Shown here piece by piece: positions 44,097 to 52,640 of a stretch of DNA of 64,000 nt. Below the pieces are notes generated by a model. It made no database searches. It saw nothing but the letters and a program-made list of their open reading frames with translations, and was not told the origin of the DNA. The DNA comes from Trypanosoma brucei (taxonomy: Eukaryota): assembly GCA_000002445.1 (NCBI GenBank), contig AL929603.2:256001-320000 (forward strand), in the 5' to 3' direction. Position 1 is the first letter of the stretch; every line of letters starts with the position of its first letter. Made by a program: the position numbers and the translations under genes.

Positions 44097-47000
44097 ATGA
44101 ATGTCACTAACCCCTCCACTGTCAGGTACGCCGATGCATTCATGTCGTACTTGCGATTTCTCGAGAAGGATGTGTGGTGGACAATAGTGTATGTCATATT
44201 CTTGGCGTGGATGTATTTGTTTCACGCCCCATTTCGAGTCCACAATGTTTGGCGAACCGATTGGTATGCGCAGGTGACGAAGGTGTTGCAAGTATGGATT
44301 GGCGTTGTTGTTTTCCTTTTTCATACCGGCTCGGGGTTTTTTCAACCCCAAAGGTCTCTGCAGGCAGAAATTTGCAATGCCGACGATGATACTGTTGCCA
44401 CGATTTTTTTCCCAATCTTCAGCACAACGACACTTATAATCTTGTACATTCACAGCAAGAAGCGTGTCTGGGGCCTGGGTGTGACGTATGGTTCTAGTAC
44501 AATCGTGGTTGTGTTGAATTCCTTACTTCTTTCGCTATTTTCTACCGTACATTTTGCGTACGGTATGCGAATTCAAGACTTTGAGCACTCCTCGTTGTTG
44601 AAGGGTGCCGTGGGTGTGCTCTTTCCATCACCAAAGCAGACACTTTTCCCGACGCTGCTACTGTTGAGTGTCATGAATGTACTTTTTATAACTTTTGACT
44701 ATCAGTACAAAAAGCGTTGCGGGTTTGATCCGCTGCGCGGACTATTATGGAGTGAGGTTTGCCGTTCGCGAAAGGCACACGAAGTCGTTCCCACTACTAT
44801 CCGAGATGGCTGCGATTGGCGAAAACTTCAACCGAAGCCGAAACGAATATCGAAGGTTGAGCAGCCCTGGATTGTCTCACCAGAGGGGGGGAAACGGCTG
44901 AGCTTTGCGCTCTCTTCTCTGGAGGTCAAGCAGCTATCCGTGCAGTACCCAGTGAACCGACCGGGCATGGTTCCTTGGTTTTCAACTTTCATTGCGGGCA
45001 CAGCCCTTCAGTCTGTCCTTGGAAATTCGCTCAATTTTTTGACGTTTGATCAACGTGCCGTGGAGTCACAGATGAATCCCAAGGTGTTCAAGTTGAGTTT
45101 TACCAAACACAGATCGAAAATTAGCAAGTCATACAGCCTTTCCCGTGTTTCTGAATGCTCACCATCAACCAGTGTGGATGCTGTGTGCTGTGATCCGTAC
45201 GGTGATGATGATTATGAAAATGTTTGGTTCGACTTCGTCGCGGACGTCGGAGATGGGTTTAACTCGACGTATGAGATGGCTCGTTTGATGGCACAACCTT
45301 TCCTCCGTCTAGCATCAAGTGATTCGGTGCAAACGCGAAGCGGACTCGTGAATTCAGTTTCTGTGCGCGACGGTGGAGGGAGAAGGGGTTTGATGACGCC
45401 ACCTCTGACGGCCGGTGATGGAGCCTTCCTTGCTGTCGAAGGTAATGGACAGCAAAACAGATGCGGGCGGACGCTGTCGATGTGTGACTACGAACCCCAA
45501 GAGAACTTTTCCCTTCCCCGTGCATCGTTTGTGGTGGTTGGTGGAGATTTGGCGTACCCGAATCCCACCAACGAAACGTACCGCACACGCCTGCTCGAAC
45601 CGTACAACAACGCGCTTCGGTGCTGCGCACCTCTATGCAAGCTTGTGAAGAAATGGTACAATCGCCTTGTTGTGCCAGAGGAGGACAACAAAGATGTTGC
45701 CCGTATTCACATGCTGTCGGCGTCCAAAGTTTCGGAAATGACTCAGCGTAGAGATATAGCTGACATGTGTCTTGGTGAAGACGAGGTGGTACACAGCACT
45801 CCCCTACTGTTCGCCATCCCCGGTAACCACGACTGGTTAGATGGTCTCGTGACATTTAAGAAGTTTATCATTGACGAGAGTTGGATGGGTGGCTGGTTTA
45901 TGCCCCAGAAGAGCTCCTTCTTTGTTATAAATCTCCCATATAACTGGTTTTTGCTGTGTGTCGATACAGGAAGTGTGACTGACATCGACCCAGGACAACG
46001 CAACTACTTCCTGAATTATATTGAGGAACACCTCGACGTTTCGTCCTGTGTGATTTTAATTTCCCATGAGCCTGGGTGGATTTACGAGGCGATGAACACC
46101 AATTTGACGTCGACGATGCAACCAGAGTTACACCGAGTAGTGGACGCCCTCGGTACACGCCTGCGCATGCGACTTTGTGGCGATATCCACCACTACTCTA
46201 GACACACACCTACAGACGCGCTTTCAGAGGCACCTGTTCTTGTTGTCAGCGGCGGTGGTGGTGCCTTTCTACACGGCGCCCGGAACAATACCGTTATTTA
46301 TCAAGGAACAGAGTATAAGCGGGAGGCAGCGTTTCCTAGAGATAATCATGTCACATCGTTTCTGACGAGGTTGGTCGGCTTCCGCCTGATTAACTGGAAA
46401 TTTGACATAATCGCTGGTTTTATGTGCTTCGGGCTCATAACCTCCTCGCTACCCTTGAACATGGAGGACAAAAAACTAGAGGAGATCGTGGACATCCACG
46501 TCCTTTTCTGTAGTACCGTAACCCGCACAGCCGAACTCTGTCTCTATACATTTGACAAAGGCATTATATCTTTGTTCGTGGCGGTGTGTTTCTTTATTGG
46601 TTTCTTCTCGGTTGGGTCAGGGAGAAAGAGTGTATGCTTTCGGATCGCATACTCTTTATGCTGGACGGCACTTGTTGTGTTCGCTTCATCTGGAATGTTA
46701 GCCGTTGTTCAAACAACGATGGCCTACATGATGAATCATGGCTTGATTCTATCAACGAAAGAACAATGGAGCAGTATGTTGGAGTCTCAGGTTCGTACCG
46801 CTGCGGATGACACATCCAATCACCTGATTGAGTGGTTGGGTGACGAGCATGCTCTCTCAAGGGGCATCGAAAGCCTGCGGTCGGCTGCACACGGTAGTGT
46901 CCTTGTTGGAGCCGCCTGTACGTTGTTGAGGAGTATGGATATGATTGAAAACTTGGCGTATCTTTCGTACCACGTCGGTACAAATGTCACGGGTACCCTC

Positions 47001-47453
47001 TCACACACGACTAACCGTGTTCAGGTTGTTCTGTACTATCTTCACATTCTTCTGATCTACTGGCTCTTGGCAACGCCGCTGCTTTCGTTTATTATCGGTG
47101 TATTTCTATTTGTATCTGTTCACTACTTTGATTTAACATATGACGCGTCATATTCCTCATTTCAGATTGAGGATTACAAACACTTTTTGCGTTTCTGCTT
47201 GGATGGCAGAACGAGGTGTTTACATGCTTACGTCGTTGCAGAAAAGTTTGTGCCGAAAGTTTGGATATGCGATGGCAGACACGTTACCGAGTGCAGGGAC
47301 GAGAGAACCAAGCATCTTCCACCACATCTAAAAAAACATCCAAGTCGCTGGGTACCACATGGGGTTTCGGGCACTGACTACACACCCACAGTACTAGAAC
47401 ATTTTGTTGTAAGACCACATCGGGTTACTCAGCCAGATCCTCTCCGTGAGTGA
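44097..47453 (+). CDS. Polytopic membrane calcineurin-like metallophosphoesterase, 1118 aa. It has an N-terminal multi-TM block, a central metallophosphoesterase domain and a C-terminal multi-TM block.
   Basis: Metallophosphoesterase signature order: DFVADVGDG, VVVGGDLAYPNP (GDxxY), AIPGNHDW (GNHD), ILISHEPG, LCGDIHHYSRH (GDxHxY). Many hydrophobic helices occur at both ends (e.g. WWTIVYVIFLAWMYLF, VVLYYLHILLIYWLLATPLLSFIIGVFLFV). Confidence 0.8.
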   Translation: MNVTNPSTVRYADAFMSYLRFLEKDVWWTIVYVIFLAWMYLFHAPFRVHNVWRTDWYAQVTKVLQVWIGVVVFLFHTGSGFFQPQRSLQAEICNADDDTVATIFFPIFSTTTLIILYIHSKKRVWGLGVTYGSSTIVVVLNSLLLSLFSTVHFAYGMRIQDFEHSSLLKGAVGVLFPSPKQTLFPTLLLLSVMNVLFITFDYQYKKRCGFDPLRGLLWSEVCRSRKAHEVVPTTIRDGCDWRKLQPKPKRISKVEQPWIVSPEGGKRLSFALSSLEVKQLSVQYPVNRPGMVPWFSTFIAGTALQSVLGNSLNFLTFDQRAVESQMNPKVFKLSFTKHRSKISKSYSLSRVSECSPSTSVDAVCCDPYGDDDYENVWFDFVADVGDGFNSTYEMARLMAQPFLRLASSDSVQTRSGLVNSVSVRDGGGRRGLMTPPLTAGDGAFLAVEGNGQQNRCGRTLSMCDYEPQENFSLPRASFVVVGGDLAYPNPTNETYRTRLLEPYNNALRCCAPLCKLVKKWYNRLVVPEEDNKDVARIHMLSASKVSEMTQRRDIADMCLGEDEVVHSTPLLFAIPGNHDWLDGLVTFKKFIIDESWMGGWFMPQKSSFFVINLPYNWFLLCVDTGSVTDIDPGQRNYFLNYIEEHLDVSSCVILISHEPGWIYEAMNTNLTSTMQPELHRVVDALGTRLRMRLCGDIHHYSRHTPTDALSEAPVLVVSGGGGAFLHGARNNTVIYQGTEYKREAAFPRDNHVTSFLTRLVGFRLINWKFDIIAGFMCFGLITSSLPLNMEDKKLEEIVDIHVLFCSTVTRTAELCLYTFDKGIISLFVAVCFFIGFFSVGSGRKSVCFRIAYSLCWTALVVFASSGMLAVVQTTMAYMMNHGLILSTKEQWSSMLESQVRTAADDTSNHLIEWLGDEHALSRGIESLRSAAHGSVLVGAACTLLRSMDMIENLAYLSYHVGTNVTGTLSHTTNRVQVVLYYLHILLIYWLLATPLLSFIIGVFLFVSVHYFDLTYDASYSSFQIEDYKHFLRFCLDGRTRCLHAYVVAEKFVPKVWICDGRHVTECRDERTKHLPPHLKKHPSRWVPHGVSGTDYTPTVLEHFVVRPHRVTQPDPLRE

Positions 47454-47933
47454 TTAGGTAAAACAAAGGTCCCCATCCTGACACTTTTTTTTTGTTATAA
47501 TTTGTCGTATACGTCGCGCACGAATTGTGCGGTGCATCGCACATACTAAGCGACTGGTTGGGCTGTCTGTCCAGTGTGCGGTACCTGTCAGGATGTGAAC
47601 GCAGTATATGGCATTTCTCTAAGGGTCTGGCGTTTTGAAGTTGTTTTTAGGCATCAATGCTGCTGTCGTCTTATCCTTTGTTACGCGTCACTGTGTTCCT
47701 GCTCAACGGTCACGCACCGGAGTGGGAGTTTCGGTAGTTGGCGCTTCATCGGATGCAATTTTCATTTCGTTTGCTTGGTTTATCTCATTATATTTTATTT
47801 CTTACCGTATTCACCTGTGCTGCTGTTATCTCATTACTGGCCCCCACCTTTCTTGTCTGCTTTTAGTACATTGTGGTACCTCGATACCGGGGAGGTTCCG
47901 AAGCACGCATACGGATCAAAGGGTGCCATTTTC

Positions 47934-48851
47934 ATGTCTGTTCAGTGCCAGGTTGCTCATCCGTACTTGCTTCTCAAGTCACTTTCTCTGCTCACCATCT
48001 CCAAAGATGCGTGGGCAGAGGTGGAGTTTACTGAATCTTCCGTGACGTTGGACGTTGAGGGCGCAGGTCAGTCGGCCACAGCTACGGCTGTGCTTCCCAC
48101 ATCAATCTTCTCACAATACACCACGACTGGCGTTCGTTTTGCTGTGCACCTGGGCATGTTTCGGAACGCCTTGTTGTTGGGTGGTCCGTCGCAACTGAAC
48201 TCCATGTCCACCTCACGTGTGGTGTTGTCGTACCCAACCAAAGAAGCGAGGTTGCTCGTCGAACTGTCGGACGGAAAAATCACGTTGCGTTCAAAACTTA
48301 TCACTCAACGACCGAAGGAATATCCGCTTGACCTTCAGTTTTCACATGCGCGTATTTTGAATCAGGTGACACTGCCAGGTGACGCGGCGAGAGCTGCCAT
48401 AGAGGATTTAGTGACAGCACAATGTTCTCATGCGGTTGTAACGCTGGACCCTCGGGAGGGTGTGCTGTTCCGAGGGGAAGGTGGGCCGTATGGTAGCGCA
48501 CTTATCAAAATCCCACTTAATTCAGATGTTATTTCTTCCATTTTTGACGGTGATGAGCGGGTGGAAACTCACGTACTTCAGTCACACCTGGTCCTAGTTT
48601 GCGGAGTGCGCTCGGGAGGTAAACAACGGCGTAACACTCTTGTACCAGCAAATGATTTCCTTATGGGACCCAATAGTAATGGTGGTGGTGGTTACGGGCA
48701 GCAACAAGCGGCGGTTGGTGGGTTTGAGAGGTTGATGCTTCAGATAAATGAAGCACGGCAGCTTAGTGTGGTGCACATGCTGCGAGAGCGGGATATCCCT
48801 GTGACTGTTACGTTGGTTGTTTCCCCCATATACAATCTGCACGATCAGTAA
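47934..48851 (+). CDS. PCNA-like checkpoint clamp subunit, Rad1-like (9-1-1 complex), about 305 aa. The ORF track begins at 47574, but the first 120 aa look like translated 5-prime UTR.
   Basis: LLLKSLSLL ... VEFTESSVTLDVEGAGQSATATAVLPTSIFSQY resembles the human RAD1 N-terminus (LSTILKAIHF ... VTVENAKCVQANAFIQAGIFQEF). The size fits a PCNA-fold clamp subunit. I cannot discriminate Rad1 from Hus1 or Rad9. Confidence 0.45.
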   Translation: MSVQCQVAHPYLLLKSLSLLTISKDAWAEVEFTESSVTLDVEGAGQSATATAVLPTSIFSQYTTTGVRFAVHLGMFRNALLLGGPSQLNSMSTSRVVLSYPTKEARLLVELSDGKITLRSKLITQRPKEYPLDLQFSHARILNQVTLPGDAARAAIEDLVTAQCSHAVVTLDPREGVLFRGEGGPYGSALIKIPLNSDVISSIFDGDERVETHVLQSHLVLVCGVRSGGKQRRNTLVPANDFLMGPNSNGGGGYGQQQAAVGGFERLMLQINEARQLSVVHMLRERDIPVTVTLVVSPIYNLHDQ

Positions 48852-49309
48852 TATGAAAACCTCTTGAGGTGACCGGTTCTTTACGTCATTGTTATACTTC
48901 CCTCCCCTAGACTGTCTCAGTACCTCTTGGCGGGGAGGATTTTTGGTTGCACATCGACAATTCGTGTGCGACACACAGGAGTGGGGAAGTCAGCAAACTT
49001 CCTTTTAAAAAGGGGGAAAGGAGAATGTCAAGCTGACTCTCAGTCACTCCTGTCCGTTGCGGCACTGAAGGTGTCACGCACCGTGCGCCACGGGCTGCAA
49101 CGGTCTCTGTGCGCCCAGCACGAATGTCGAGTACATCATTGTGCTGATGGCTGATCTTTCATTGCAGGTCGCACAGACACCGAACGACATCCTTAAAAAA
49201 AAAAAGAAGAGGTCCGCTGTTGTCCTTGGATGGCACGTTGGTAATGGAGGCCATGCCAGCGCGTCTGCTGCATCGCTGTCGTACTGTCCGAATGGTGGCA
49301 TTACTCTTT

Positions 49310-49461
49310 CTGTGTTGGCACAATTGTCTTTAGCTATGAGAGTGAAGGGCGCGTTGAGTGGGAAGCCATGCCGAATTTAGTGCGAGACCATCCTAATTAA
49401 GGTACCCGAGAGCGCGGTGAGTTGTGTTACTTTCCGTATTGGAGTACAGTTGTGTATACTG
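49310..49461 (+). repeat. Direct repeat copy B, 152 bp.
   Basis: See copy A. There are three mismatches (T/A, G/A, G/A) and one T-run length difference. Confidence 0.9.
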
Positions 49462-49842
49462 TGTGCTGTCGATCTTGTTGGGACCGTCTTTTATACTTTG
49501 ATTGGCTTGGTGCTCCTCCGTCCAAGTGGAAGTGTGTCATTGGAAGGCGTTGTTCACAAATATTGACGAGGATCAATTGTCCGTTTTATTGTTTCCGAAG
49601 CTGAAGGGCCGCAGTTTGTCCAGTAGTGTTGGGATTCACGCGGTCTTCGCGATGGGCTTTTGACCTCTGTTTTACCTGTGCTGATTTTTTGGTTAAGCGC
49701 ATTTAAATATCATATGAGATCTTCGCTTTAAATCATTTTTTTCTTGGATGTTGGATACTGCTGCAAACTCTCTTCCCCTTCTTTGCTCTGTTGTTTTCCC
49801 CCTTTGGAATACTTGTGTGAATCTTTTTGTAAGAGACCGGTT

Positions 49843-51300
49843 ATGAGTCAACTCAGCGAGTTGCTAAACACCTCACAACTGACGAAGTACTATGCACTAA
49901 TTCAATTCCTTTCGTCACACACCAACACTGAGTACACGCTCGCTCAACTGGACTACTTGCTTCCGCGGGGAGCGTCACTTCAGCGTTTTCCAGCATCATG
50001 GATAGAGTTTATGGAGGAAGGGTTGTGCAACAACCAAAATGTTGAATTGTATCGTCGTCCCGTCGCTGGTGGAGAAGCTGCGGGTGAAAACATTTCTTCC
50101 CTTGTGCAAGAGGAGCGCGAGGAAATTGTCCTCATTTGTCGGAGGCCAGTCATAAATGATCTGAAGGACCTCGCCAGGTTGTTGCAGTCGCCAGCGACGG
50201 TTCCTGACGTGGAGGGTTGTGTAGCACTGCATACAGACCAAATTACACTCAACGAAAACCTCTTAAGAGCGTCGCAAACACAAGGCCTGTTGTACTATTT
50301 TCCCGATAACTATACCAAATCACGTGAACATCGCTCTGCTAAGTCCCGTCGTTCTTCCAGTCAGAGCGAGATTGTAAGCAACCTTATGCGCAATGAAGAC
50401 ATAGAGGGACTTCTCAATGAAGAAAGTAAAGATGGCAAACTGGATCTGCCTGCCGGCGTTACTGCTCAATTTATGCTCTACAACCGACGGGGTGTGCCTG
50501 TTCGAGGCCGAAATAGTTTTCCTATGCGATACAATGTGGGTGACAGGGCCATGGTTATTGTTGAGAGGAGCGTCCCTCCTGATGCAGATCATGTACCAGC
50601 CAAACCTCCTTTGGTGACCACGACTCTGGGAAGACCAGTTGGTATGAGTAGTGTTGGTGGTAGTGACGGCAGTACACCAGTCGAAATCCGGGTGAAGGTA
50701 TCTGCCAATTCCGTCGGGAGCCAACGTACCTGTATAAGTATTAAGGCTCAGGTTAAGGGTAGAGTGGTTTTGTCCCTTTTTGTTGACAGTAGGGAGACAA
50801 TAATTCCGCTGGAGGTGTTGGATGAGAGTGTGGGGATGCCAGGAGTGATAGTTGGACGCGAGCAGCAACCACTACTTCCGGTACCGGATGATATTCGCAT
50901 TAACGACCCTGCCATTTGGGGGAGTGGCAACGGCGATGAACAGGCGGGAAGGGGTGGTGTCAGCGGTATTGACCGTGACAGTGGTAGTTGCGGTAACTCC
51001 GCTTTGTCTTGGTGGCTTAATCCATCGCCTGCCATTCTTGAAGTGCGGGATCTCACATTACCGGATAGTGAGACTTTTGCGGCTGCGTCGCGCGCCGTGT
51101 GGAATGTTCACCGCGCCGATGAGAGTGCAATGAAGGCGGTGCGGAAGGCATTGAAGGACCAGCGCAACTCAGAGACGACGCGGAAGAAGCGAAACAAGCG
51201 CAGTCGACCACGTGATCTACGCAACAGTCACATGATTCATTATGGATTCGATGCCTCAATACCTTTTGGCACCCAGCGCTCTTTTCCGAAAGATGCTTGA
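49843..51300 (+). CDS. Hypothetical protein, about 486 aa from Met at 49843 (MSQLSELLNT). The ORF track starts at 49744 with Cys-rich UTR-like residues.
   Basis: Long ORF on the coding strand with globular-looking composition; no motif recognised. Confidence 0.55.
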   Translation: MSQLSELLNTSQLTKYYALIQFLSSHTNTEYTLAQLDYLLPRGASLQRFPASWIEFMEEGLCNNQNVELYRRPVAGGEAAGENISSLVQEEREEIVLICRRPVINDLKDLARLLQSPATVPDVEGCVALHTDQITLNENLLRASQTQGLLYYFPDNYTKSREHRSAKSRRSSSQSEIVSNLMRNEDIEGLLNEESKDGKLDLPAGVTAQFMLYNRRGVPVRGRNSFPMRYNVGDRAMVIVERSVPPDADHVPAKPPLVTTTLGRPVGMSSVGGSDGSTPVEIRVKVSANSVGSQRTCISIKAQVKGRVVLSLFVDSRETIIPLEVLDESVGMPGVIVGREQQPLLPVPDDIRINDPAIWGSGNGDEQAGRGGVSGIDRDSGSCGNSALSWWLNPSPAILEVRDLTLPDSETFAAASRAVWNVHRADESAMKAVRKALKDQRNSETTRKKRNKRSRPRDLRNSHMIHYGFDASIPFGTQRSFPKDA

Positions 51301-51635
51301 TTTGCTGCTCCCTCTCTTTACTCTTCCTGCTGTGCTTGTGCATATGCGTGTACTTCCAGTACAACTTTATGGGGGAGACTCACGCCTCAACACACTGCGC
51401 AGTATCGCATATTTTGTCCCCTCTTGCTGTCTTGGTGACAACTAAATATGTTGCTGATTCCACGTCGAACACTCTCTTAATTTTTGTGCCTTATCTCTAC
51501 TATAATAATTCCTTGATATAACCACTATAGGGGGGAGGAAAAAGAATCGAGACAGATTACATTTACACACATAACTATTCAGGCAGGCATCGGGTCAACG
51601 CGATTTTGCTCTAGTGTTATTATTATTTTTATTTT

Positions 51636-52220
51636 TTGGTGGGATGCATGGTTTGGTTCTCCGCGCCCGACAACAGTGAGTTTCTAGGGGACCCTTTACC
51701 CCGAAAAGCACGACAACCCAAGGTCCATTTAGCTACTGAGGTGTCTGTGGAAGCATCGGTGCCTTGGGAAGACGTGTCCTCGTGGGAGTGCGGTAGTCAA
51801 ACTTCTCGCAATAGTTCACGTTCATCAACTTCCGACAACGCCGCCAATGGGCACGTGGCGAATATCAATAAGTTTCATGACCGGATGGAGCTCATCCGGC
51901 GGCTCAACAAACGCCGCCGCAACAATTCCACTTGTAGGGAATCAGGTCGTACAGAACAATGGACGTGCCAACCGCTTTATGTGGGAGTTAGCACCTTTCC
52001 CGAGATGAAGGAAATGTCACCTAAATCGGTGGGTGGAGAAAACGTGCCGTTTTGGAATGGTGCTGTTGTGCATGATTCACCACTTATGACCGACAGGTCT
52101 GGGTCAGAAGTCGACAAGAAACCGCTGAAGACAAGAAAGTGCGCATGGAATTTGACGTACGTGAGGAAAAATGATTGGCCTGAGGCACATCAAATGCACG
52201 AGGGGGATGCAATTATATAA
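51636..52220 (+). CDS. Hypothetical protein (194 aa); coding status uncertain.
   Basis: Only sizeable coding-strand ORF in the 1.3 kb gap between flanking genes. Confidence 0.3.
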   Translation: MVGCMVWFSAPDNSEFLGDPLPRKARQPKVHLATEVSVEASVPWEDVSSWECGSQTSRNSSRSSTSDNAANGHVANINKFHDRMELIRRLNKRRRNNSTCRESGRTEQWTCQPLYVGVSTFPEMKEMSPKSVGGENVPFWNGAVVHDSPLMTDRSGSEVDKKPLKTRKCAWNLTYVRKNDWPEAHQMHEGDAII

Positions 52221-52538
52221 TAGTGGTGAGCTGGTTTGGTTCCTAGTGCAGCACGGTATCGCGGAATTAAACCATCGCATGTGTGTCGAACTCTTCTTTT
52301 TTGTTGTTAGTTTTTAATATTTGTTTTATGGGGTACTGGTTTGCTTGCGTCTTTGCTTTTCTTTTGTTTTGACAGAGTCTTGTGTAGACGTAGTGTGATC
52401 GTGTGGTTGTTTCCTTGTGGTAGTTGTGGTCCTGCTGACGTGACTTTCTCTTTCCCCCTATTTCTTGTTGTTTTTTCTCACAATTCAATGCCTTGCACCC
52501 TGTGGTGCCCTCAGCAAAAAAGAGGGGAGGACAAAAGC

Positions 52539-52556
52539 ATATATATATATATATAT
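52539..52556 (+). repeat. (AT)n microsatellite.
   Basis: The sequence shows catatatatatatatatatt. Confidence 0.9.
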
Positions 52557-52640
52557 TTATACACACATACGCATAGATTGTATTCCATAGACGAATCGAT
52601 CACGCATTTCGTGGCTTCCGTTTAACCAGAAGAGTAGGCT

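Noticed and set aside
47574-47933. The N-terminal 120 aa of the ORF-track entry for the Rad1-like gene (MCGTCQDVNA ... CCCRLILCYASLCSC ...).
   Set aside because: Cys-rich, pyrimidine-tract-derived translation typical of a 5-prime UTR. Homology to the clamp fold begins at Met 47934. The same applies to residues 1-33 of the 49744 ORF.
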